A stretch of 62,835 nt of DNA, filler included, from Deltaproteobacteria bacterium (GTDB lineage Bacteria; JAEEML01), in assembly GCA_016283195.1 (NCBI GenBank). It is 7 parts of 7 records of this genome, joined end to end, with 100 filler letters (N's around TTAATTAATTAA, not from the genome) between each part and the next. Parts side by side here need not be neighbours in the genome. Positions count along the whole stretch, not along the records: positions 45,577 to 51,188 come from JAEEML010000039.1; positions 51,289 to 58,523 come from JAEEML010000042.1; positions 58,624 to 62,835 come from JAEEML010000048.1; 4 more parts are not named here. One strand, given 5' to 3'. A program made the position numbers and the translations under genes. This document shows positions 48,947-59,828 of this stretch, piece after piece. The number at the start of each line of letters is the position of its first letter. The first letter of the stretch is position 1. The notes below the pieces were generated by a model that had not been told where the DNA came from, ran no database searches, and saw only the letters and a list, made by a program, of their open reading frames with translations.

Positions 48947-49146
48947 GATGCCACCTCCAGTATAGCTATTTACATAGCTATTTTACAAATAATAGCAAAT
49001 TACGATTTGGTCAATCACGATTTGGCAAATCGTAAATGACTACTTTGCCTACCTGCCATCTTTTGTGCGCTAAAATTGTCTTTTTTAAAAAGAGGTGCTA
49101 AGAGAAGGTGGCTTTTTGGTGCCCTTGATGAGGAGCCTTGTTACAT

Positions 49147-51188
49147 ATGTCCGAAAAGAGAGAAAAAGTTGTTGTAAATGGCCGCAAAAAAAAGGGATTC
49201 TTTCGCACTCTTTTCCGCCTGGCCATCTTTGCCGTTTTGCTTGGCGGAACTCTGGCCGCTTTGGGCGGCGCCGCTCTTTATACCATCACTGTGCCCACAG
49301 TACCCATGATGGAAAAGGTGGAAGACTACAGGCCCCGCCTGGGTAGCCGCATCTATTCGGTAGATGACCAGCTCATCGGTGAATTTTCGGCCGAACGGCG
49401 TGTCATGGTGCCCTACGACCGCATCCCCATCCGCCTTATTCAGGCCTTTATCGCCGCTGAAGATAAGCGCTTTTTCAGCCATCACGGTATGGATTATATC
49501 GGCCTTATCAATGCTGTTTTGCAAAAAGTCAAAAACCCCAAAGCCAAACTGCGCGGCGCTTCCACCATCACCCAGCAATTTGCCAAATCCATCTTAATGG
49601 AGCACGAAGGCTATGAATCAGCCACTGCCCGCTCCTATATGCGTAAAGTGCGCGAAGCTATCATCGCCCGCCGCCTGGAACAGGTGATGGATAAAGAAGA
49701 TATTATCTACCTATATTTAAACCAGATTTACCTTGGCCACCGCGCCTATGGCGTACAAGCTGCTGCCCAGCATTATTTTAGAAAGAATGTGTGGGATTTA
49801 AATCTTGCTGAAATGGCAACTCTTGCCGGTCTCCCGCAGCGCCCCAGCGATTATTCGCCCTATAGCCGCCCCAAAAAAGCCAAAGCCCGCCGCCGCTATG
49901 TTTTAACGAGAATGCTGGAAGAGGGCTTTATCAGCCAAAAAGAGTTTGATGATAATATTGATGTGGAGCTCACTGTTTATCCGCTGCGCGAGCCCTTTTT
50001 GGAGCACGCCCCCTATTTCACCGAAACAGTGCGCCGCGAAATTATTGATATGTATGGCGAAAAGGCGCTCCTCGAAGACGGCCTCCAAGTCTATACCACC
50101 ATGGTGCCGGCCAAACAGGCGGCGGGCCAGCGGGCGCTCAATAAAGCGCTGTTAGCTCTCGATAAGCGCCAGGGCTATAGAGGGCCGCTCGCTAATATTC
50201 CGGAAAAAGATTGGCCCAAATTTATTAAAGAAGCAGCGCAAAATACACCCAAAAAAGCCGCAGATTTAGACGAAAGCAAGCGTTACCTGGCCCTGGTCAC
50301 CGGCTTTGACACTGAGCGCAAAGATACGCTCTTAAATGTAGGCGGCATTGAGGGCATTATGCCGCTAGCCGCCATGCGCTGGGCCAGAAAACCCAACACC
50401 GAAGTTTATTACAGCGACGCCTATGTCACCGACCCCACCAAAGTGCTGAAAAAAGGCGATGTTATTTTGGTGACCCCCACTAACTGGCGCAAACTCTCCT
50501 CCGACCGCTTTGCTTACGATATTATCTCCACTGTTAAAGTGCGCCCCGATAAGCCCATGTTTGCTCTCGACCAAGACCCCATTGCCCAGGGCGCCATTTT
50601 GGGCATTGATGCCCGCGACGGCTATGTGGAAGGCATGGTGGGCGGCTATGATTTTGCCGACTCCACCCTAAACCGCACCCGCCAAGCCTGCCGCCAGCCT
50701 GGTTCTTCTTTTAAACCGGTAATTTACGCCACGGCCGTTGACAAAAAGAATTACACTCCGTCAACGATTATTATTGATTCTCCGATAGTGGAGGATGACC
50801 CGGATAATGCCAATCGCTGGAAACCTTCCAATGTGGGTATGGATTTTAAAGGTGATGTACCTATCCGCACCTGCATTAGAGATTCTATGAATATTTGCTC
50901 AGTTAAAACTCTAAAAGATGTGGGCGTTAAAGAGATGATTGCCTACGCCCGCCGCCTGGGAGTTACCACGCCGCTTACACCTGACCTTTCGCTGGCTCTT
51001 GGCTCTTCCTGCGTTACCATGTGGGATATGGTTGGTGTTTATTCGGTTTTTAATCGTGGCGGTATTAAAAAGCCTATGCATATTATTAAACGGGTAGTCG
51101 ATAGAAACGGCAAAACCATTTACGATGTAAGCGCTCCCTGGGATCCCACCAATACTTTTGGTGAGCAGTTAAATCGCGGCTATGCGGC
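49147..51188 (+). CDS. mrcA: Penicillin-binding protein 1A, 3'-truncated
   Basis: N-terminal TM, EDKRFFSH, GASTITQQ, OB-like insert, RQPGSSFKP, SMN motif. Confidence 0.92.
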
Positions 51189-51288
51189 NNNNNNNNNNNN
51201 NNNNNNNNNNNNNNNNNNNNNNNNNNNNNNNNTTAATTAATTAANNNNNNNNNNNNNNNNNNNNNNNNNNNNNNNNNNNNNNNNNNNN

Positions 51289-51483
51289 ATCTATAAAGGC
51301 CTGGTATTTTTTATATACCGGGTGATTCCTGGGCATAAGGCCATCACGCGAGGTGCTGGTAGGCAGCAGGTAAATGCCCCAGCAAGCCAAAAGAGTAATG
51401 GCCAAAACTACTCCCAACACAGTATAGGGATGAGCCATATTCCATTTAAGCATATTCATAATAGCAGCTTTTAACTTAGCCAT
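51289..51483 (-). CDS. N-terminal fragment of a probable MMPL/RND family transporter
   Basis: HPYTVLGVVLAITLLACWG TM followed by TSRDGLMPRNHP. Confidence 0.55.
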
Positions 51484-51566
51484 ATAATCTCCCACAAAAG
51501 AGACAACTACGCGCCTTTCCTACCTAAAAGATAGAGCATGGTCAATGTGAAAATTTTAGCAAAAGT

Positions 51567-52445
51567 TCAGTCGGCTTTGGCTTTAACCCGGGCGCGCGCT
51601 GCGGCCAAGGCCTCGGGGGAAGCCATTTTTTCGGCAGTAATTATTGATTTTTTAAGCTCTTTTTCATCATCTTCCAGCGCTATTTGGCTAGTTTCCAAGG
51701 CCACCAAAGCATCAAGCGCTATATCGCGCGCCAAAAGAGCATCTTTATTTTCCTTTAAAGCAGAGGTGGCCAGAGCCCATTCGGAAACAACATAGCCTAA
51801 TGAACGGGTAAGACGCCTAAAATGGGTGGCGCTTTGCGGCTTGAGCGCTTCCGCAGCCAAAAGACGAGTAGCCGCTTCCGAGCGGCATTGTCCCAAAGCC
51901 GAGGGCAGTTCTTCACGGAGCTCTTTGTTATTATTATAAAGTTCAAGCAGATATTTTTCGGAATCGGCAGTGCGCAAACGAGCCATTGCGGTGGCCGCAG
52001 CGCGTAAGACATGCTTATCAAGCGCGGTCGGCTCTTTTAATAAATAGCTATAAACGGGATAAGCACGCTTATCGGCCAGCTTGGAGAGCGCCTCCAGCAT
52101 ACCAACCTGAGCAGCCACCTGCCCTTTGGGTGTCAGATTTTTAAAAGCTTCACTAGGCTCCAAAAGAGCCTCAGTCATGGGTAAAAATGCTTTAGCACCA
52201 AGCGCTTGAAAATAGGGTGTTGTCACCACATAAGGGCCACGGCGCCATTTATCGAGTTCGCTAATATTCGCTATAATCTCATCTACTTTGGTAAAATTCT
52301 CGTTCTTTGCCTGCTTTTCCAGAGCTATCTCTTTACCGAGAGGCAAAAGAGAAGCCTCCTCCTGCCACTTACCGGCAGCCATAGCCGCGGGGCTTAAAAG
52401 GCTCACAAAAGTAAAACTTCCAAATATTATCGGTAATAATTTCAT
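51567..52445 (-). CDS. Secreted HEAT-repeat-like helical protein
   Basis: Signal peptide MKLLPIIFG...PAAMA; LEALSKL, AAATAMARL and ALGQC helical repeats. TAATG overlap with the PAD gene. Confidence 0.7.
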   Translation of the reverse strand: MKLLPIIFGSFTFVSLLSPAAMAAGKWQEEASLLPLGKEIALEKQAKNENFTKVDEIIANISELDKWRRGPYVVTTPYFQALGAKAFLPMTEALLEPSEAFKNLTPKGQVAAQVGMLEALSKLADKRAYPVYSYLLKEPTALDKHVLRAAATAMARLRTADSEKYLLELYNNNKELREELPSALGQCRSEAATRLLAAEALKPQSATHFRRLTRSLGYVVSEWALATSALKENKDALLARDIALDALVALETSQIALEDDEKELKKSIITAEKMASPEALAAARARVKAKAD

Positions 52446-54292
52446 TATTTTTTCTCCCACCAGCGCTCAGCTGTACCAGCTTCGCGAATTATATTGCTTC
52501 CGCAGTGTATCTCACCCATATTGACATGATAACTGGAAAAATCTTCCACCCAATAAACTTTGGTGTTTATTTTGGTGAGAGATTCTTCCAAATTCTTTTT
52601 AAATATATCTTTGCCATTTACCTCCGGGCCATGCGGATCCGGGGCGGCAAAATGGCCGTCGCCCAAAGAGACACCGTTTACCATACCAGGCATATAGGCA
52701 ATCGAACCATAGCCAGTCTCTTCATGCAAAAACGGCACCGGGATAATGTCGGCTTTAGTAAGGCCTGTCTCATTTTTAATGATTTCCAGCATTTCATCTA
52801 CTTTTACAGCCGCTTCCTGGCTGGCTGCCATAATATATTCGTCATCCAGTACCTCTGCCACACTGATGGCGGCATCACCAACTTGCGGGTTATATTCATC
52901 ATCATTTAAATACGTTTCGCAGCCCACAAACATTTTTGTCTCGCCAAGGCCGTCATCAACCAGCTTTTGCAGCATCTCCCTGGCCAGACGCGCATCATTG
53001 GCCAAAAGGCCCCAGCCGCGTTCGTTATCCATTTTGGTAACGGAAAAAATTTCATCGACATGACCGACAGCCAGCCAGGAGGTATCAACTTTTATCGGCG
53101 GCTGAACGCCCTGAGACTCAAGCATAGCCATAAAAAATTTATCCACATGGAAGGAAGGAATACTGCCGATAAATATGCGGCCCAGCGGATAACTCTTGCC
53201 ATTATGGGTATAAGGCGGAAATACTTCCAAATTGCCGGTACTATTCAGAGAATCCATTTCATAATCATCACTTGTCCGATGCTTTTTATAAGCTTCCGCC
53301 CCGGCAACATCCTCACCGCGAAATACAGTATAAATAATTTGTGAACCACTTCTGGGATGGCTTTCTTCATTATAAAATGCCGCTGTGCGCACATTCACCT
53401 GGATAACATGAGCTTTACCGCCCGGCCCGGGCATACTCATAGTGCCGGCCTCAAAAAGATCCTGGGTCCAAATATCGTCAATATCAAGCAAATTTAAGCC
53501 GTTAGAAATACCAGCAGTTTTGGCTGCGGCATCTAAATCAGCCGTCATATCGCTATTATAAATACCAGCATCAGTGGCATATATGGCTTTGGGGGCATTC
53601 AAATGATGGCTCAAAATAATGGGGGCCTCTTTCAAAACCACAGTATCGCCAAGTGATTCACCGTTTTCCACTCCGGAAGTATATTTAACGCTGACGGAGA
53701 CCAGACCATTCCAGGAATTATCGCGAATAATATCAATGCCTTCTAAAGCAAATTCCATCCCCTCTTTGAGCATTGCGGCGTTAATGGCAAAGACTTCTGA
53801 TTCTACCACTTTGCCCTTTTCGCTGCCATCAAGCCAGAAGAGGCGCACCTTATCACTGGGCTCAATAATTATAGTGGCGCTGGTACCATCAGGCACATCA
53901 CTAAGCGGCAAGAGGTGAATTCTGGCCATATCCAGCAAATCTTTTTCGCCGTTGATAAATTCATCGGCGGCATCGTTACAGGCGGCCAATGCGCTATCCG
54001 AAATGTTCACTGCGGCGCAGGTATTTTCATCATCATCGATATTGGCTAAAAAGATGGCCCCGTGAGCATCGGTATAACTATCTTCGGCCGCATCGCTGTC
54101 ACCGGTTAAGTCCACATTTCCGTCGCGATTGGCATCAACACGCAAATCCAGCTGACAATATTTGGCGATATATTTAACATCATTAGGAGCTTTTTCGTTA
54201 AGTGATTCCTTACAGTTTTTAGGCTCATCATGTCGGCAATTTACCAGAGCCACACACGATAGGATTAGCAATAATGTTAGCTTTGCCTTCAT
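52445..54292 (-). CDS. Protein-arginine deiminase (vertebrate PAD-like family) lipoprotein
   Basis: Lipobox ALVN-C, GAIFLANIDDD, catalytic motifs DIWTQD, WLAVGHVDE and GEIHCGSN, plus STGNLE and YPLGRI. Confidence 0.9.
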   Translation of the reverse strand: MKAKLTLLLILSCVALVNCRHDEPKNCKESLNEKAPNDVKYIAKYCQLDLRVDANRDGNVDLTGDSDAAEDSYTDAHGAIFLANIDDDENTCAAVNISDSALAACNDAADEFINGEKDLLDMARIHLLPLSDVPDGTSATIIIEPSDKVRLFWLDGSEKGKVVESEVFAINAAMLKEGMEFALEGIDIIRDNSWNGLVSVSVKYTSGVENGESLGDTVVLKEAPIILSHHLNAPKAIYATDAGIYNSDMTADLDAAAKTAGISNGLNLLDIDDIWTQDLFEAGTMSMPGPGGKAHVIQVNVRTAAFYNEESHPRSGSQIIYTVFRGEDVAGAEAYKKHRTSDDYEMDSLNSTGNLEVFPPYTHNGKSYPLGRIFIGSIPSFHVDKFFMAMLESQGVQPPIKVDTSWLAVGHVDEIFSVTKMDNERGWGLLANDARLAREMLQKLVDDGLGETKMFVGCETYLNDDEYNPQVGDAAISVAEVLDDEYIMAASQEAAVKVDEMLEIIKNETGLTKADIIPVPFLHEETGYGSIAYMPGMVNGVSLGDGHFAAPDPHGPEVNGKDIFKKNLEESLTKINTKVYWVEDFSSYHVNMGEIHCGSNIIREAGTAERWWEKK

Positions 54293-56190
54293 AATATGCT
54301 CCACTTGCGCAAAATTTCTTCGGCCACCTGCTCGCCGGTTAGTCCACATTTCCGCCGCTCTGCACTCACATCATCATGGGCGATAAATGAATCCGGCAGG
54401 CCACAAATCAAGAGCGGCTTTAAAAGGGCTGCCGAGGCTAAAAATTCAGCCACTGCACTGCCAAAACCGCCAATTTTTGCTCCCTCTTCGATAGTAACTA
54501 CCAATTTGTGCCGCACTACCAAAGAGGCCAAAAGCTCGCCATCCAGCGGTTTGGCAAAGCGCGCATCAACCAAAGTACAACCAATCCCACTTTCTTGCAA
54601 GATGGCACGGGTTTTAAGTGCCTCCTCAAAAACATGGCCATAAGAGATTAAAAGCACATCAGAACGCGCGCCGGCAGAAACAATTCGCGCTTTGCCGAAA
54701 ACAAGCGGCTCTTTTAACCCAGCGGGATCATGATATATTTTACCTCTTGGATAACGAATAGCCACCGGCTTTTCCCATTTTAAGGCGCTCTCAAACATAG
54801 CCATAAGTTCGGCATCGCTTGCCGGAGCCATAAGCACCATATTGGGGATATAGCGTAACATGGCAATATCAAAGGCCCCTTGGTGAGTAGCGCCGTCGGC
54901 TCCTACCAGGCCGGCGCGGTCAATAGCCAAAATAACCGGCAAGTTGGGGAGCGCCACATCGTGGATAATCTGGTCGATGCTGCGTTGCAAAAAGGTAGAA
55001 TAGATAGCTACCACCGGCCGCATTCCCCCCTTAGCCAGGCCGGCAGCAAAAGTAACGGCGTGCTCTTCGGCAATGCCGACATCATAAAAACGCTCGGGAT
55101 ATCGGGCCGCAAATTCACTTAAACCGGTGCCGCTTTTCATTGCCGCCGTTATGGCAATAAGGCGCCGCTCTTCCGCACCCAATTTGAGCATTGCCTGGCC
55201 AAAAACAGCAGTATATGTCGGCGTTTTTTCCTCACTCTGCGGCTCCACATAATTGGCTCCGCGCAGCGAATCAAATGGCGCAACTCCGTGATAAGTAACG
55301 GGATCTTCCTCAGCCAGAGCATAGCCCCGCCCTTTGCACGTTTTTACATGAATAAGTACCGGCTCGGCTAAATTGCGCTCTTTCACCGAGCGAAACATTT
55401 CCTCCATCTCGGCGATATTATGGCCATCAAGCGGCCCCAAATAGCGAAAACCGAGAGCGGCAAAAAGAATGCCCGGAGTAAAAAAGGCCTTGGAAGAACC
55501 GGCAGCATGGTGAATCAGTTTGGCCACTTCGTCGCCATGAGGGCAAAGGCGCAAAAAGCCCTTTACATGCTTTTTAACCAGATAATAACTGTCTTTATTC
55601 AATTTTGTGGTGAGCCAGCGCGACATAGCCCCAACTGTCGGATCGATAAACATACCGTTATCATTAAGAATAACAATGAGACCGCGCGGCAGAGCGCCGG
55701 CCATATTAAGCCCTTCATAAGCAAGCCCGCCGGTTAAACTGCCATCACCCACTACGGCCACCACATTGCCGTCTTGTTTCTGGTGATACTGGGCTTCCCT
55801 AATTCCCAAGGCGGCAGAAATAGCATTGGAAGCGTGGCCAGCAACAAAGGCATCATGAGGGCTTTCGGCCGGCCGCGGAAAACCGCTGAGCCCGCCGCCA
55901 CAGCGCAGAGTATCAAAATTACTATAGCGCCCGGTTAAAAGCTTATGGGCATAGGCCTGATGACCAACATCAAAAAGTATTGAATCCTTAGGCGTTTCAA
56001 AAACGCGATGCAGCGCAATTATCAGCTCAACAGCCCCTAAAGACGATCCCAAATGGCCACCGTTTTTAGCTACAGTTTGCAAAATTTTGCGGCGGATCTC
56101 TTTAGCCAGCAGTGGCAGCTCAGCTGCATTCAAACGGCGTAAGTCCGTCGGCTCATTTATTTTTTCTAATAGCCGAAATTGCTTTTTCAT
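54289..56190 (-). CDS. dxs: 1-deoxy-D-xylulose-5-phosphate synthase
   Basis: GGHLGSSLG, DVGHQAY, GDGSLTGG...LNDN, VGIAEEHA, DRAGLVGADGATHQG. Confidence 0.97.
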   Translation of the reverse strand: MKKQFRLLEKINEPTDLRRLNAAELPLLAKEIRRKILQTVAKNGGHLGSSLGAVELIIALHRVFETPKDSILFDVGHQAYAHKLLTGRYSNFDTLRCGGGLSGFPRPAESPHDAFVAGHASNAISAALGIREAQYHQKQDGNVVAVVGDGSLTGGLAYEGLNMAGALPRGLIVILNDNGMFIDPTVGAMSRWLTTKLNKDSYYLVKKHVKGFLRLCPHGDEVAKLIHHAAGSSKAFFTPGILFAALGFRYLGPLDGHNIAEMEEMFRSVKERNLAEPVLIHVKTCKGRGYALAEEDPVTYHGVAPFDSLRGANYVEPQSEEKTPTYTAVFGQAMLKLGAEERRLIAITAAMKSGTGLSEFAARYPERFYDVGIAEEHAVTFAAGLAKGGMRPVVAIYSTFLQRSIDQIIHDVALPNLPVILAIDRAGLVGADGATHQGAFDIAMLRYIPNMVLMAPASDAELMAMFESALKWEKPVAIRYPRGKIYHDPAGLKEPLVFGKARIVSAGARSDVLLISYGHVFEEALKTRAILQESGIGCTLVDARFAKPLDGELLASLVVRHKLVVTIEEGAKIGGFGSAVAEFLASAALLKPLLICGLPDSFIAHDDVSAERRKCGLTGEQVAEEILRKWSIL

Positions 56191-56216
56191 AGCTAAATAT
56201 TACCGATTATTGCTGA

Positions 56217-56471
56217 TTATAAAAGCATGCCTTCTTCGCTGTGGGGGAATTCTTCAATAGCGAGCTCGCCGTTTTTAGTTTCGCTTACTTTTTTAATTCT
56301 TAGCTCGGCTTCATTAAGGCGCTTTTGGGCACTTTGCACCAACTTCATGCCTTCTTCATAAAGTCCTAAAGCCTGCTCCAAAGGCAGCGTGCCCTCTTCC
56401 AACGCCGACGTTATCTCTTGCAAGCGCCCAAGTTCATCTTCAAAGGAAAGTGTTTTTTGCTCTTTTTTCAT
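56217..56471 (-). CDS. xseB: Exodeoxyribonuclease VII small subunit
   Basis: SFEDELGRL...LEEGTLPLEQALGLYEEG...LNEAE, upstream of dxs. Confidence 0.93.
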   Translation of the reverse strand: MKKEQKTLSFEDELGRLQEITSALEEGTLPLEQALGLYEEGMKLVQSAQKRLNEAELRIKKVSETKNGELAIEEFPHSEEGMLL

Positions 56472-56480
56472 TTTAAACCC

Positions 56481-57242
56481 TTAACCGACGTTTTTTAGAC
56501 CTTCGGCCATAAGTTCCATAACAAAATAGATACATTGCCAAATAATCTGTAATATTGATACAACAATGGCCGCTATAGCAAAACCTTTGCCCGTTAGCTG
56601 GCCTTCGGATTCATTAATTTGTTTAATAGCCAAAATGGCAAAAACAAAAGCCGGAATAGCAGTGAGGCAGGAACAGCCGCAACTGGCTATGGAGCAGCAA
56701 ATGGCAACTATGGCATAAGTAGCGATTTTGGGGCGCTGATTGGCTTCTTCATTATTCCACCTAGGCTGAGCGGCGTCACTATAATTTTCCTCGTCCTCGT
56801 CCTCGTCCTCGTCTTCATCATCATCTTCTTCATCTTCATCATCTTCAGCGTCCTCAGCGTCTTCCGATAACGGCAAAGCCGGCGCTTTATCTTCCGCTAT
56901 AGCAGGCGCCGGCAATAATGCCGTAAGAGCGGCTAAATCGTCAGCACTTAAATGGCGCAGTTTCCAAGTTGTCCGCCCACCTTCCACCAAAAGAACAGTT
57001 TCCAATATGTCTTCTTGCTTTTTAAAAGAGGAAATATCGCTGAGAAGCAGCTCTTCATAAATGTCGCCGGCTAAAAAGTCTTCGGCTACAAAAACCATAG
57101 CTCCGCCAAAAACAGCCAGCAGGCCGTCACAGGCTATAGGCGGCTTTTCCAAATAGCATTCAAAAACTGCTGCCGGCAAATCACCGCCGTTTTTGCTGCG
57201 TAAACGTTCTTTCAAAAGCTCTTTAGTTGTCGAAGTAAGCAT
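56481..57242 (-). CDS. DUF4190-domain membrane protein with acidic linker
   Basis: C-terminal AILAIKQINESEGQLTGKGFAIAAIV and a D/E-rich tract. The ATG at 57242 follows GGAGG. Confidence 0.72.
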   Translation of the reverse strand: MLTSTTKELLKERLRSKNGGDLPAAVFECYLEKPPIACDGLLAVFGGAMVFVAEDFLAGDIYEELLLSDISSFKKQEDILETVLLVEGGRTTWKLRHLSADDLAALTALLPAPAIAEDKAPALPLSEDAEDAEDDEDEEDDDEDEDEDEDEENYSDAAQPRWNNEEANQRPKIATYAIVAICCSIASCGCSCLTAIPAFVFAILAIKQINESEGQLTGKGFAIAAIVVSILQIIWQCIYFVMELMAEGLKNVG

Positions 57243-57412
57243 TGTACCTCCCCAAAATCTTGGCAAGAGTAGCATAAATGATTTTTTTATTCTAGTAGGC
57301 GGATTTTTTAAAATAAAAAACATACGCTGACATAAGCCAATCTCCTGCTTGCATATATCAACATTTTATGGCACAATTCGCCGGTTTTTGGCCATTGGCC
57401 ATGGAGGAAAAA

Positions 57413-58523
57413 ATGAACAAATCATCTGTGATTCGCAATATTGCTGCCGGAGCTATAATCGGCGGTCTGGCTCTAAACGGCTGTGGCGGCGGGCAAAAGA
57501 ACAAAGTAAAAGCCGCACCGGAAACGGAGGTTAAAGTGCAGGAAAACGAAATAATAAAGCACGATGCGCCGGTATTTGTGGCGGGCGATATTAATAAGCG
57601 CCTAGCCAATTGGGGCCAGGTGGCCCTCGATTTTGACGATAGCGCCCTCTCCGCCAGCGATAAAAAAGTGCTCAAATTGTTGGTAGAAGCCGCTGAGGTA
57701 GCCGATGAGCTCTCCAGAAAGCAAATCGACCTGCGCATTTTGCCCCTCAAAAAAGAGATACTTGAGGGCAATTATTCGGCCGAAGCCAAGGCGCTCTTTA
57801 AGACCTATAACGCTCCCTGGGATCAGCTAACTAACGGCGAATTGGTCTTTGGTGACTTTAAACGGCGCCCCGGCGGGGAGTTTTACCCCCACGACATGAG
57901 CAAAGAGGAATTTGAAAAGTTTTTGGCCGATAATCCCGATAAGCGCGAAGCTTTTACCTCTTATTTCACTGTTATTCGCCGCGACGAAGCCGGTAAACTG
58001 GTGGCTGTGCCTTATAGCCAGGCCTATGCCGAAGATATAGCCAAAATGGCTGCTCTCTTTAAAGAGGCCGCCGAAATTACCGAACACGCCGATTTAAAGA
58101 AGTATCTTTTAAGCCGGGCCGCTGCTTTGCAAAACGATGATTATATGGAATCCGACGGCGACTGGCTACACCTTAACGAAAGTCCCATCGAGCTCACTTT
58201 CGGCCCTTATGAAGTCTATGACGATGAACTAATGAATTATAAAGCCATTTTTGAGGCTTATGTGGCCATAAAAGACCAGGAAGCATCCAGGCAACTGGCT
58301 AAAATCGGCACCATGATGGAAGAGCTGGACAAAAACTTCCCCATGAAGGAGGAGCTTAGAACTCCCATGCGCGGCCTGGGCTCCCCCATTTCGGTGGTGA
58401 CCAATGTCTATTGCGGCGGCTGCGGCGGCGTGCAAACTGTAGCCTTTAACCTGCCCAACGATGAAGTGACGCGGGCCAAATTCGGCTCCAAAAAGGTGAT
58501 GATGCGCAATCTGATGGATGCCA
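57413..58523 (+). CDS. Peptidase M49-like (dipeptidyl peptidase III family) lipoprotein, 3'-truncated
   Basis: Lipobox LNG-C, FYPHDM, GPYEVYDD, VAFNLPNDE...GSKKVMMRN. Confidence 0.85.
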
Positions 58524-58623
58524 NNNNNNNNNNNNNNNNNNNNNNNNNNNNNNNNNNNNNNNNNNNNTTAATTAATTAANNNNNNNNNNNNNNNNNNNNN
58601 NNNNNNNNNNNNNNNNNNNNNNN

Positions 58624-59346
58624 CGCCGCAATATCTTCTTTTGTAAGACCTGTCGCCGCGGCAATGCTAGCGGCATCCATATTTAAGGCGGATAACTTTT
58701 GGGCTATCTCCTGCCTTACCTCCTGCTCATTTTTCCTTGAAATTTCGTTCTTTTCTGTCTGCTCCGCCTGAGGTTCAGGTTCGGTCTGGATGGCTGCCTG
58801 CTCTTTCTTTGGCGCTATCCTGTGCTCTATTTCAAAAATAACGATGGGCAGAATTAAAGCTGCCAGTGGACAAACAAAGAACATAATAACGATCAGCCAA
58901 TCTATATCAAAACCTATGGCGATTGTTGTGGTAGCTCCTAAGAGGAGAAAAATCTTCAGGGTAATCAGCGGTGCGTTTATAGAAGCGCGGCCGCCGGCTA
59001 AGGTTCCGCCAGCGTAAACAGCCCAGGGACTTAAGATGGCAAAGCCGATAATCCACACTAATATACCCTCACCGGCTGCGTCTAAGCCGGCGAGCCCTCT
59101 TCCATGGTACTCTCCCTGAACTAAGTCCTGAAGTAATCCATAAAAAGATAATATAATAATGGGTACTATAGCCGCGGCCAGGGCAAAACCTATTTCACAT
59201 AGCAGGCGCTTTCCGCTAGATGGCATAGCCTTTACCTCTTTAGCGGCCTCTTTTTCTGCATCTGCCGGCGGCGCCGATTTATCCTCTTGTTCGGAAGTTT
59301 CTTTATTTTCAATTGATTCTTCTTCTTGCTGCGCTTCTTCGTCCAT
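58624..59346 (-). CDS. Hypothetical membrane protein with Rpn-like C-terminal helical tail, 3'-truncated
   Basis: Acidic N-terminus, about 4 TM segments, tail EIAQKLSALNMDAASIAAATGLTKEDI. Confidence 0.65.
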
Positions 59347-59537
59347 AATGACTCCCGGCCTTGATTGGCACATTTACGGCGGCGCACTATAGCAGAAAAG
59401 GGCGGAGCGGGCAAGGTGGCTAAATGTGGGGATAGAGACGAGAAGTGGCAGGAACTGTGAGTGCGGACAGCGTTAAAATAATATGCTGCCTCCAATAACT
59501 AACTATGTTATAATAAAGCTGGTTTGTGGAGGCTCTT

Positions 59538-59828
59538 ATGGAATATGCCAAAATTCAGGTGAGCGTGCCTAAAGAGATGCAGGCCTATTTTGCCGATGAT
59601 TATGCCGTTTACAGAGACGATGAACTTAAGCGCAATGCTCTTTTGCTTTATCCATATATTCATGGAAATATCATTTCTCATGGTCGTGCCGCCGAAATTT
59701 TGGGCATAAAAAAGCTTGATCTTATTAGCCTTTATGATCAAATGGGCTTTTCTTATTTTGACACGGATATTAGTGAAGTCTTAGCAGATATTCAAAATTT
59801 TCGTCATCATCGGGATAACCTTACATGA
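59538..59828 (+). CDS. UPF0175 family protein, putative antitoxin
   Basis: LYPYI...ISHGRAAEILGI HTH, ATGA overlap with the downstream PIN gene. Confidence 0.85.
   Translation: MEYAKIQVSVPKEMQAYFADDYAVYRDDELKRNALLLYPYIHGNIISHGRAAEILGIKKLDLISLYDQMGFSYFDTDISEVLADIQNFRHHRDNLT

Noticed and set aside
56780-56862. TCGTCC/TCATC simple repeats as a contingency locus
   Set aside because: In-frame multiples of three encoding an acidic linker; they cannot switch frame.
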